Assembly: GCA_013265495.1 (NCBI GenBank)
Contig: MU058221.1
Location: forward strand, 5,626,066 to 5,690,065
Length of the DNA: 64,000 nt
Direction: 5' to 3'
From: Vicugna vicugna
Taxonomy: Eukaryota
A model generated the notes under the pieces. The model worked only from the letters and a program-made list of their open reading frames with translations. It did not search any database and was not told the DNA's origin. Of this stretch, positions 1-10,470 are shown in pieces (the first letter of the stretch is position 1; each line of letters starts with the position of its first letter). The position numbers and the translations under genes are program-made.

Positions 1-88
1 ATAAGTCCCCCCACCGCACACACACAATTAGCAGTACACTTTGGAGATTATCTCATACTGGTGCATGGAGAGCCGCCTCACTCTTCTT

Positions 89-332
89 GTTATTTTTTTT
101 AAATGGGGGAGGTAATTTGGGAGGTAATTTTAGGTTTATCTATTTGTTTTGTTTTTTTCAAACAGAGGTACCGGGGATTGAACCCAGGACCTTGTGCATG
201 CTAGGCATACACTCTACCACTGAGCTATACCCTCCTCCTATTTATGTATTTCTTTAATGGAGGTACTGGGGATTGAACCCAGGACCTCGTGCATGCTAAG
301 CACATGCTCTACCACTGAGCCACACTCTCCCC
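89..332 (-). mobile_element. tRNA-Ala(AGC)-derived SINE (camelid vic-1-like), two tRNA-like units head to tail
   Basis: Units at ~258-332 and ~164-238 each carry an A box (TRGCTCAGTGG) and a B box (GGTTCAATCC), followed by an A-rich tail. Flanking direct repeat ctcactcttctt at 77-88 and 341-352. Confidence 0.9.
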
Positions 333-376
333 TCCACAGACTCACTCTTCTTAATGGCCATATATGGGTGTATAAC

Positions 377-912
377 TGTAAGCAGCTTTTGGCAGGAAAG
401 AGCTCGCTGTGGGAGGCCCCTTTTGTCACTTTAGCAAAGCTACATTGTCACTAACCTGAAACCAGGCACCCCCATGCTCTACTCATCTCCGGCCTAAGCC
501 CACCTTTCAAATCTTTTGATCACACAATACGTTGCCTGATCTGTTGGTTCTTTCCATAGACAAAAGAAAAAGTAAAAATGAAGAATAAGTAATTAACGGA
601 TGACCAGATCTCTCCCCTAGCTTTGCCTTCAGTAATCTCACAAACAAACTGTGTGAACAAGATAGCACCTAAAAAAAGATCACGAGGCACTGACAAGCCT
701 GCACTTGCTGGCTGTGAGTCTTATCACCTATCTCAGCGATTAACTGAGATTACTTCTCCTTTTCCCTTTAAAACTTTCATGGCTGAGCAGAATTTTTGGA
801 GTTGGACTTAGGCTGTGAGTCTGTCTTCTCCCCAAACGCTGGCTTTCTGATTAAAAGGAACGTTTTCTGTTTCTACCAATACTTGCCTCTCAAGGATTGA
901 TTTTCGAGCAGC
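377..912 (+). mobile_element. ERV1-type solo LTR, 3'-truncated
   Basis: Starts TGTAAG. TATA-like ccctttaaaa at ~764 and polyA-signal-like attaaa at ~850, followed by U5-like ttgcctctcaag...gagcagc cut off by an L1. Confidence 0.6.
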
Positions 913-914
913 AT

Positions 915-1288
915 ATGGTCATGTGATACCACTTATATGTGGTCTAAAATAGGACACAAATGAACTTATTTACAAAACAGAAAGAGACTCACAGACACAG
1001 AAAACAAACTTATGGTTACCAAAGGGGGAAGGGGATGGAGGAGAGAGAAATTAGGAGTCTGAGATCAGCAGATACAAATTATTACATATAAAATAGATAA
1101 ACAATAAGGTCCAACCGTATAGCACAGGGAACTATATTCAATATCTGGTAATAAACCACAATGGAAAAGAATATGAAAAAGAATATATATGTGTATATAT
1201 ATATATATATTGAATCACTTTGCTGTATACCAGAAACTAACATAACATTGTAAATCAACTGTACTTCAATAACATAAATAGAAAAAAA
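915..1288 (+). mobile_element. L1 3' end (artiodactyl-type 3'UTR) with (TA)n and A tail
   Basis: gacacaaatgaacttatttacaaaacagaaagagactcacagac...cacagggaactatattcaatatc...cattgtaaatcaactgtacttcaat. Confidence 0.9.
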
Positions 1289-1835
1289 GTAGATCTATTT
1301 ATGCTTATGTGAAAGTCTTTCAAAAATAAATCTGAGAAACAAAGTGAGAACCATGAGGTATAATACTATAGTATTATTGTTTCAAAAAAAGGAAAAGCAC
1401 GTGTATATGTGTGTACATATACTGACACATACATTTTTAAAGGTATATAATACAGCTGTGGAAAGTAGTTACGGTGAGAGTAAAAGGTGTAGGAAGGAAG
1501 CAGTTTTATTGCACTTTTGCATATTGTTTCTTTCTTTCCTTTTTTTAAAAAATATGTATGTTTCTTTACTGACTTTGTTAATCGAGGAACTGTGTTGATC
1601 TTGCCCATCACTGTATCATTATAAGAACAACAGCCACTCTTAGAAAGTCATTCAGTAAATATTTACATGAAGAACAAGTTTATAGGCTAATTGACTAAAA
1701 ATGTTCCAGTCAGCATCCGTGCCCTGCTTCTCTGTGCTGAAGCAGGGTTTGAGACTGCTTTCAGATTCCTGCCACCTCTCCCCTGACGTTATGCAATGCC
1801 TTCCCTGGAAAAGTTCCAATTCCTGGAGTACTTAC

Positions 1836-1912
1836 CAGCAAAGGAAGATGTCAGTGAACGTCTCTGCTGTGGTGAAAAGTGCAAATATAATCCAGTACAT
1901 CATCCATTTGAC
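1836..1912 (-). CDS. REEP1: REEP1 coding exon 3 (77 bp, phase 0 in, phase 2 out): [26 protein letters not shown]
   Basis: Minus strand reads gttctctttcaacag|GTCAAATGGATGATGTACTGG...ATCTTCCTTTGCTG|gtaagta, with a canonical acceptor and donor. The translation matches the REEP1 hydrophobic-hairpin sequence as I recall it. Confidence 0.97.
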
Positions 1913-2924
1913 CTGTTGAAAGAGAACGCAACAAAGCTATCAGAAAAGGTCAAGGATGTATGGCCGCCACCTTCAAGAGAAGAGGCGCCGACAGTGCATG
2001 CTGAGGCATGTCCAGGCAGTGGGGTGTGCACTGGTAACCCCTTCCCCTGTCCTCCCCCAGTTCCACTCCAGACCTTGGGGCTGGAGGCAAATAGGCTGTT
2101 TCCACAACAGACCCAGGCCCAGTGCTAAAAGAAAAACGTGTCAATCTAAAATTCTATACTCAGCAAAAATATCTCTCAAAATGAAGGCAGTTCTGGTGAA
2201 TTTCCATTGTCTTTGTGACTCCGAAACATGTGGCCTGGTAGAATAATTAGAGGCCTTCTCTATTTAGAAAATGACTGGCTCAGTCCATCAAAAGAAAATG
2301 CTCTATGAGATACTACATGCTGCCGAGGTTCTCTGCAGAATGGACTCCTTAGCAGGGAGCCAGCAAGTTCTTGTCCAGTTGTAAAGCCCATGGCATACTG
2401 GGGCCCAGGATCCAGAAATCCCCAACGCTGGTACCCAGGTACACTGCCAGGAGCCTGAATTCCCTCTCGGTAGGCTTTTTCTTTTTAGTATTCAAACCAT
2501 GCCCTAGTATCTTCAGTTAAAAACAAAAGAAGATGACAATGACAATAAAAACGTTTTTCTTTGACACAACCCTTAGCTACAAACTCCTTCAGTGAGTTAT
2601 CTGTACCTGCAGTGTCTACTTCACCCCTCACTTGGTGCTCAGCCTCTACGTCACATCAAAACTGCCCTCACTGGGGTTTCCACTTTGTAACACATTGCAA
2701 GGGGGTTTAGGCGACCCTTTGTCAGTGTTTCACTTGACTTGCTTGACTTTTCAGCTGGATGTGAAACCATCACTTCCTGAAAAGCTCTTCCCACCACCAC
2801 AACTGTCCCGGTTTCCCTCTTTCTGCATCAATTCCTCCCTGGAGCTTTGTTCTTAACATTCTCTTCTAACTCTAGACTAGCCACTCTCCCTGAAGGAAAC
2901 TGCATTCACCACCTAATACAGCCA

Positions 2925-3375
2925 GCCAATCACCAAGTCCTGTTACTTGCACCTTCTTCTTTCTCGTAAGTCTATCTTATTTTCTCCATCTCTCTGCCGT
3001 TATTTCAGACCACCAACATCCCCTATCTAGAACAGAACTGCAGCCTTTAGCTTGGTCTCGGTACCTCTGCTCCCTCCCCAGTCTGTCCTCCACTCCAGTC
3101 AGAGTGATCTTCTTAAACCCAAATTTGATAACTCTCCTTCCTACCTTAAAGCCTTCACTAGTTCCTTATTGTTGTTAAAATAAGCCCCAAATTCCTTAAA
3201 TTGGCTTACAATTCCTGGCATAAACTAGACACTAATTATCTCCATCACAAGTGCTCCTCCTCACTCACACCTTCTTGAATTTTCCACTCCAATTAGAATG
3301 AGTCTCTTCCAGTTCCCTGAACAGAGCATCTTCCTTTGCCTCCAGATTTCAGCCCTCAGATATCAGCTTAAATTG
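2925..3375 (+). mobile_element. L2 LINE fragment
   Basis: caccaagtcctg...agagtgatcttcttaaacccaaatttgat...ccttaaagccttc resembles the L2 3' region. Confidence 0.75.
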
Positions 3376-3384
3376 GCTAGATGA

Positions 3385-4860
3385 TGAGGTACTTGGAAAG
3401 GACAAGACTGAGTGGTGTTGAGGTGGTTCAGGAATTATGTGAATGGGGACATGGGATGCAGATGCTAATTCTTGCCAAAGGGTCCTGGCAGCAGAGGAGG
3501 CTCTTGGTACTCAAGTAGATGAGATGACCAGCCCTGTGGATGTCTGCTAGCCTTTTACCTCAGGCATGATGTTGCACGTTCAACGGGCTCACGTATCAGT
3601 GGTCATGTGGAAGTGACAGAGGTGGCATGTGAGCTCAGCGATGTGGACCCCTCTTGCCAAGGCCAACCTGGCCAGGACCGCTGCTCAGAGACCGAGCTGC
3701 CAGCAGCAGTGACTGGGCATCTCTAGGATGGCACCATATCTCAAAGCACCAGCCAGCCTCCTGGGAGCAGGCTCACCCAACCAAGCCCCTTCCCTCATCA
3801 AACGGGCAGCACAGAGTCTTTTCTGGAAAATTTATTGACTGGGCATTTGCACTTGCTTTTCCCACTGCCATGTTTCTGGCAGCCATACAGCAAGCTATGG
3901 GCTCAGTGAGTGTCCTTTTCATCTTGCTGTGTCCCACCCAACATTGCTTCTGACCGAGGGCCCTCTTCAACAGCAAAAGAAGTAAGACAATAGGCTGATG
4001 CTTTGGGGAGTCACTGATCTTCATCACGCACCCTGTTGCCCTTACACAATGCTGGTTCAGAAGAACCAGGTGGGAGTCAGCATTCTGTGAGGCTGCAGTT
4101 TCTTCTCTGAACTGTGACCAACATATGGTACTGCCTCTTAGCCAGAATCCAGAGGTTCAAGAACCAAGGAAAGGGGGGTGCTCTTTGCTATGATTAAGCC
4201 AAATGCCAGCTCCTTGCAGCTCAAAGTGTGGTGCATGGACCAGCATCACTGGAATCACCTAGGAGCTCGTTAGAAATGCAGAACCTCAGGCCCCACTTCA
4301 GAGCTAATGGATCAGAATCTGCATTTTTAATAAAATTCTCTGTTTATTCACATGCACATTTAAGTTTGAGAACCCCTGGCCTAACCCACTCACAGCATTT
4401 CTGCTTCTCATCCTCAAACCTTCGAGCTCTGCTTTTTAATAATTTTAGTACTTGAGGGATGGATGCTTCCACCAGAGATGCAAAGTGGTTCCGATGAACT
4501 GTAAGCAGAGACTAGAAGGTCACCTGGCCATTTCAAGACCACCATGCCACTTGGAAATAGACAATAAATGGACTCATGGGCTTTGATGGGGTGATTGATC
4601 CTGACTATCCAGGGGAACCAGAGCTGCTACCACATGATGCGGCAGGAAAGAGGGTGGAGGAGCTAAGGATCCTCTAGGGGATGTCCTAGCACCGCCTTGT
4701 TTGGATCATTACTACGACCACACAGAGGTCCCACTACTAAGGCCTCAGATTCTTCAGGAATGTGGACATAGGCCACACCCCCAGAGAAGAAACCTCGCTC
4801 ACCAAAGCAGAAGGCACAGGGAGCATGAATTAGACGGTGGAAGAGGGAACAGGAAAAGTT
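3385..4860 (+). mobile_element. Degraded ERVL-class internal sequence (integrase followed by dUTPase), interrupted by MER5A
   Basis: Remnant peptides include QPASWEQAHPTKPLPSSNGQHRVFSG..FALAFP (cf. ERVL QPATWWQVDYIGPLPSWKGQRFVLTG..FAFP), an IASD-G..TAKEVRQ-A-like segment at ~3940-4000, and GVIDPDYPGE at ~4588-4617. Many stops and frameshifts. Confidence 0.85.
4212..4378 (+). mobile_element. MER5A (hAT-Charlie MITE)
   Basis: ctcaaagtgtgg...accagcatca...ttagaaatgcagaacctcaggcccc...aagtttgagaacccctg. Confidence 0.85.
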
Positions 4861-5736
4861 GGGAAAGGCTTTGGAATGGATGTCCTGGGGATGCTAGGTG
4901 CTGCCAGAGCAGCCTAGTTAAGAACTGTCTTCATTCTACAGGTGTCTTGTTTCACAACGTCCCTGAGCTATTCTGCAACTTTGTAAGTTATAGAACACTG
5001 ACTGGCACGCAAATAATTTAGTCCACAGAGGTGCAAAAGAGTTTTTGTCCAATGGAGGTACAATTGGGTCCAACGGCCCCACCCTCCCAAGAAACCACTT
5101 GAATATCAATGAACAAATTCATTTCATCATTCCTGATCGCTGGTATGTGTCTTTTCTTTGGCGTCTCCTCTGAACCGTTTTTTTTTTTTTAAACACCTTT
5201 CTGGTTCCCTTGCTATTTAATGAGTTAAGTAAAAATTTTGATATGTGTTAATCTTATATTTGTACAAGAATCATGCTTTTATCCATTTTAAAATTATCTT
5301 TTAACAGAAGACACAAATACCAGCTAAGAATTCATGACCACTTGCATAAATAAGGACTGTAGCTTCTAGCTATAGTTTCTTCCTTTCTGTGTTATGTATA
5401 GATTTAAATACTTCAACTAATTTTATTTTTATTTATTTTCCTTCTTCCCCTAGTGTAGCATGTAGGATGCATCAGTGATGGTTCACTTGACAATTTAATT
5501 TTTAGTGTTGAGTATTAAGGTTAGATCCTGTCAGAGCCAGAGGAGGAGAGGAATCTGCCAGAGATCCTGGCTCTGGACCCGGATTCAGATGAAGAAATTT
5601 GGATTTGGCAAGTAAACAAATGGTACAGAACTGGCAGGGTTTTTTTTTTAAAGCCAAACTCTGGGTAAGAAAGTGAATGCGGATGTTGTGCAGACAAAGA
5701 AGTAACTGAAACATAAAATCATTATATATTTTCATA

Positions 5737-6057
5737 TAGATGTACCTCATTTTATTGTGCTTTTTTAAAATGCACTTTGCAGATACTGAGTTTTTTACAA
5801 ATTGAAGGTTTGTGGCTACCCCGTATTAAGCAAGTCTACTGGGCCATTTCCCCAGCAGCATTATTTTTTAATAAAAGCATGTACATTGTTTTTTAAAGAC
5901 ATAATGCTATTGCATACTTAACAGACTACAGTATAGTGTAAATACAACTTCTGTATGCACTGGGAAACCAAAAAGTTCGTGTGACTTGCTTTTTGGCGAT
6001 ATTCGTTTTATAGCTGTGGTCTGAAACCGAACGCATGGTGTCTCTGAGGTATGTCTG
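5737..6057 (+). mobile_element. Internally deleted Tigger1 (Tigger1a_Art-like MITE, TcMar)
   Basis: Tigger1 left end (tagatgtacctcattttattgtgc...gaaggtttgtggc) fused to the right end (...gtggtctgaaaccgaac...gaggtatgtctg). TA at 5735-5736. Confidence 0.88.
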
Positions 6058-6084
6058 TGTATGTGTGTGTGTGTGTGTGTGTGT
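6058..6084 (+). repeat. (TG)n microsatellite at the Tigger end
   Basis: tgtatgtgtgtgtgtgtgtgtgtgtgt. Confidence 0.9.
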
Positions 6085-6465
6085 TTAAACTACCAGCATC
6101 CAAAGCCTTCTAATTCAGAGGGCATCTCCCAGCATATGGGTCTTTATGTCCTATTGTCCAGGCTTGGAAAAATCAGATGCCCCTATTCAGGGTTTTGAAT
6201 CTTCATGGACTGTTCCAAAGGCGTGGGCAGCTGGCAGCCAGATCCATGGTGGTGACACAGACAGCAGCTTCCTATCCAGACCCTTCCTGCGGCATAAGCT
6301 TGGCTGTCACCCAGCCTTCTCGGATCCTCCCCAGTTTCTGAGTATCTTTCTCCCAGCCTCGTAGTTAACTCTACTAATTCCCATAAGCTCCTTTCTGTTT
6401 TTGTCCAAAAACCATGACTGGTACAGTAAATTTGGAAAGACATAAACAGCTGTGAATGTCTAGAG

Positions 6466-6608
6466 CAGTGTTTCTCAAACTGAGGATCTTGTTTAAAAGG
6501 CTGATTTTTATTTAGGAGGTCTGGGGAGGGCTTGAGATGAGATTTCTAACTAGCTCCCAGGTGATGTTGTTAATGCTGGTCCACAGACCACACTTTGGGT
6601 GTTGAGAT
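6466..6608 (-). mobile_element. MER5A-like MITE
   Basis: cagtgtttctcaaact...tttctaactagctcccaggtgatg...gctggtccacagaccacactttg. Confidence 0.8.
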
Positions 6609-6842
6609 CAAGCGCACGGAAAGCTTGCAGGGAGTGGCTGGAAAGTACCAAGATCAAGATCAAGAAGGTCCAACACTGTATAAGGGAGTCTGGCCCTGAC
6701 CTGGTGGGTGATTAGCAGCTATTAAAAGACCCAGGTGGAGTGAAACAAATAGATTTCCATTTTTTTAAAGGCTTGTAGAAGTTATGCAGACAATAGGGCA
6801 TGAGATGAGGGACAAGAGGCAGAGGCATCAGCTGGGGGGGGA

Positions 6843-7339
6843 TGGTAGGCAGAATAACAGCAACCCCCAAATGTCCTTGTCCTAATCCCTAGAACCTGTG
6901 AGTATATTACATTATGAGGCAAATGGGACATTGCAGTTACTAAGTTAAGGATTTTCAGATGGGAAAATGATCCTGGCTTATCCAGGCGGGCCCAACATAA
7001 TCCCATGAATCCTTAAAAGTGCAGAACCTTTCTCGGTTGTGGGCAGAGGAAGAGGGGACTATGGGAGAACAGTCAGAGAGGCAACGTTGCTCACTCTGAA
7101 GGTGGAGGAGGAGGAGGATGCCGGAGCCAAGGAATGCAGGTGGCCTTCAGGAACTGCAAAAGGAAAGGAAATGGATTCTCCCCTACAGTCTCCAAAAGGA
7201 ATGCCGCCCCACTTGATTTCAGCCCACTGAGACCCACCTGACTTCTGACCACCACAACCATGAGATAATACATTTGCATTATTCTAAGCCATGAAGTTCA
7301 TGGTAAACTGTTACAGCGGCAATGAAAAATAAAAATACA
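6843..7339 (+). mobile_element. MLT1D-like MaLR solo LTR
   Basis: tggtaggcagaataa...cctaatccctagaacctgtgagtatattac...atggattctcccctacagtctcc...gttacagcggcaatg...aca. Confidence 0.85.
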
Positions 7340-8394
7340 GGAGGCCACTGCAACATTTCAGGGAAGAATGATGGGAGCCTCACTGAAGAGAGAGGCAGCA
7401 TAGGAGAGAGCTAGTTTGAAAGATTATTAGGAGGACAGAGATGAAGGGGTGGGAGTAGGGGTGGGTGATGAGGGGGAGGCAGGACTTGAGGCAAGTTCCC
7501 AGGTTTCTCTCTTGGACAAATGTCTCTGGTGGTCAAAAGGAGGGAAAGAAGTGAGTGTGAGCGCGCATGTAAGACGGTGTGAGAAAGTGCAGAAGGAGGA
7601 GGCTGGTCTCGGTCTCCTTTCTTCCAGCTCCATTTTCACCGAGAAACCATCTGATCTTAATCCAAGCCTTCCCTCCTGGGAACAGCACGTGCTCGCCGCC
7701 AACACAAACAGCTGCTCTGCTTGTCAGTTAAATTTTTCACTTTAAATTAATGAATTTCCATTCTAGTCATAAACCAGGCTCCTGTGAGTTTAGTTGGAAC
7801 GCAATAATTCACCAGGGTTTCATCTCTCCTGGATGAGTGGACAGAATTGAGCTTCCACCCCTGCAAAGCGGACGATCAGACCTTGAACTGCGGTGACCCT
7901 GGTTTTGCCTGCTTCCTTGGCACAGCCTCCCCAAGTCCTAGGCTGGAAGGGGTCCGGGAAATGGAGACTTGGAAGAGGCTGCCCAGGGCTTTCCCCTGGG
8001 CCAAGTAATTAGGAACCATGAGGCTCTGCGCTTGCAACTTAACCGCTATTTATAGTTCACACTCTGAGTTTCCTTCACAGATACGTACCGGGGACCCAGC
8101 CTCCAGAGAGCACACCCTGTCTGGATCCCCTGCTTGGGAGCAGATGCCAGCCAGGAAAGCAGTTCTGGGAAACTAACAGAGTGGGTGGGTGGGGTCTCTG
8201 GCTGAACTGATCTACAGGTGGCTGGTTTCATCCTAGAGACATCCTGGGAAATCTGAGAAAAAGACGACTTCCAAACCTCCTCCGAATGATGTCTTTCTCT
8301 GTGCCTAACTTACCAAGGGACCTCCTCTGAGTAAATGAAGGAGAGCAAAGACCCTTTGTCCCCCACAATACTAGGGTCTAGGATTGCTGGTACC

Positions 8395-8530
8395 CACCCA
8401 CCGCTCAGATGAGGAATCTGAGGCTCCTGGAAGTTCAGATTCTTGTCCAGCATTGTATCAATCAAATGTCAGAGCCAGGACTTGACTTCAGTCTCCTGAT
8501 GACAAAAATCTATATCCTTAGTACTTTGAC
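8395..8530 (-). mobile_element. MIR fragment
   Basis: cagatgaggaatctgaggct...gtcagagccaggacttga. Confidence 0.65.
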
Positions 8531-9333
8531 CTGGGATTCTGTCCCACAAGGGGAGGAGCGTCCCTCCTCCACCACGCCCCTCCCTGCCATCCCCTTCCTC
8601 CACCACCCACTCCCTGTCATCCCCTCCCCCACAGGTCTTTGTCAGTCAGGGATGGTTTGACGGTTCTCTTGCCTAAGCAGGGCCCAGCATGTTTAGGGCC
8701 ATGACTGGGGCACCCAAATCACCCAACAGTAACACAGTCCTCCAGCCAGTAAGCACTCCTGACCCCCTTCCCGTGTGTTTGGCCCTCTGCTAGGTGCTGC
8801 TGGCCAACAGTCATAGGATGATGATAGCCCCTGCCCTCTAAAAGCTTATAAAGCAACTGGGCTTACGTTGTGGAGTAGTCAAATCACAGAATTGGAATGG
8901 GGATCAGAGCCTGAGCTGCAGGGCCAGGAGCTGAACCAGGTCTGCTGGACTCTGGGACCCGTGCTCCTGCCCCCGATGTCAGCGTATCTCCCAGTAACGC
9001 TGCTTTATGGTCTACACAGCGTTTTCCAGGCAAGGAAATTGAGGCTCAGTGAGATGGACTTGCTCTTCTAAGGCCATAGAGTGGCATGTGGCTGACTTGG
9101 GGTGGGGGGGGAATCTCCAGTTCCAGGTGCCACTTTCTCCTGTCATACACCTGCTTTCTCCCCCTCCACTAGTTCTGAAGAGGAGATCTAAACGGGAGAG
9201 GACTCCTGGGTCACACCAGGCAGGTCTCACAAGAGAAGAATAATGAAGGGCCTCCTCTGCCCTGCTCCTAGTGCCCCCAATGAGGGCATCCCCCCAACCC
9301 CATCACAGCCCCCCTAAAAAAAGGGCTACTTAC

Positions 9334-9406
9334 ATATTCTTTAATGTCCTTTGATTTCACAGCCTTGTAGGAATAATACGCAGGGTAAAGGGTGCCAAAT
9401 ATAAGC
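9334..9406 (-). CDS. REEP1: REEP1 coding exon 2 (73 bp, phase 2 in, phase 0 out): (V)[24 protein letters not shown]
   Basis: Minus strand reads tttctttttttttccttccctctag|GCTTATATTTGGCACCCTTTACCCTGCG...ATTAAAGAATAT|gtaagtag, with a strong polypyrimidine tract. It joins exon 3 in frame (...IKEY-VKWMMY...). Confidence 0.97.
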
Positions 9407-9759
9407 CTAGAGGGAAGGAAAAAAAAAAGAAATGTGATTTTCATTCATCCTATTTGATGGAAAAAACTGTCATCTTCAACGCCGGAAGCATTCTCCAAGC
9501 TACAGAAAACGGTGATTTATCTTTCTGAATGCCCTGAAGGTTTTTCTGCTCATGGCTCGGACGCACTTAGCAACCTCTATCTCCTGATACAGCTCCACAC
9601 ACACCTTCCTTCAGTCTGTGTCTGGCAAAAGAGGAGGGTGGTTTGGGGTCATGGAAGCCAAGCTGAGCAGCCAAGACCCCTTGAAATTAAAGGCCAAATG
9701 TTCCTCCCTGCTGCTAATCCCCATCAGATGCTCTGTAAGTCCCACCCACACCTTGGGCT

Positions 9760-10470
9760 TCCTTCTCCATCAAAACCGTGTCACTCCAAATTGCTTCAAA
9801 TTTCACCTCCCTCCGACTTAATTTCAGCATCTTGCAGCCAGAATCAGCTTTTCAAATTGTAAATCCAATCAGGCCAACCCCTCCTCCCACCACACACGTC
9901 CATCCCAACCTTGCATTAACCTGCTTCTCACTGCTCTGAAGATGAAGAAGCAAAAATAATGACACCAGCATGACTGGGCATCAGCTCTCACTGTCCCAGC
10001 ACGCCGGGGCCGCACTAGGCCATTAAGCAGCCTCTCAGCCTTGCCCCTAAGGACCTACATGGCGTGTGGCACAGCTCTGTCTGCCCTCATTCTCCCCACC
10101 TTGCACCATCCCCCCCACAAAGCCTCGGCCTGTGCTGTCTCTCTTTCTGGAATCTTCCCTCCCCTTTCTTTGTCTGGCTGGTACCTCTTCATCCATCAGA
10201 TCCCAGCTCCATCGTGACTTCTTCACGGAAGCCTTCCCTGACCTTGCCAACTAGGTCAGATCTCCCCTCTAGACTCTCGGAGCATGCCGTACCTATGATC
10301 GGGGTGCTCTTTTATTATTATCTGGGTGATACTTTGATTGACAGCGTCTCCCCATTGGAATGTAAGTGAATTCAAGGCACAAAATGGATGTTTTGTTCCA
10401 CAGTGTGTTCCCAGCACCAACCACATAGGAGGCTCTCAGTGGATATTTTTAAATGAATGAATGGATGAAA
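9760..10470 (+). mobile_element. L2 3' region with (GAAT)n-like end
   Basis: gcagccagaatcagcttttcaaattgtaaatc...gaagccttccctgacc...ttaaatgaatgaatggatgaa. Confidence 0.75.

Larger units (their letters stand above)
1913..9333 (-). other. REEP1: REEP1 intron 2 (7421 bp, GT-AG)
   Basis: Bounded by the exon 2 donor and the exon 3 acceptor. Confidence 0.93.

Noticed and set aside
258..332. Possible tRNA-Ala(AGC) genes (also 164-238, 26220-26296, 38385-38458, 44975-45050, 59900-59970)
   Set aside because: All carry SINE A-rich tails and the shared aacctaattacctcccc-like 3' motif, most have flanking direct repeats, and the acceptor stems do not pair properly. They are SINEs, not tRNA genes.
1796..2128. 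110-aa plus-strand ORF overlapping exon 3
   Set aside because: Antisense shadow of the real REEP1 exon plus intron, with no supporting features.
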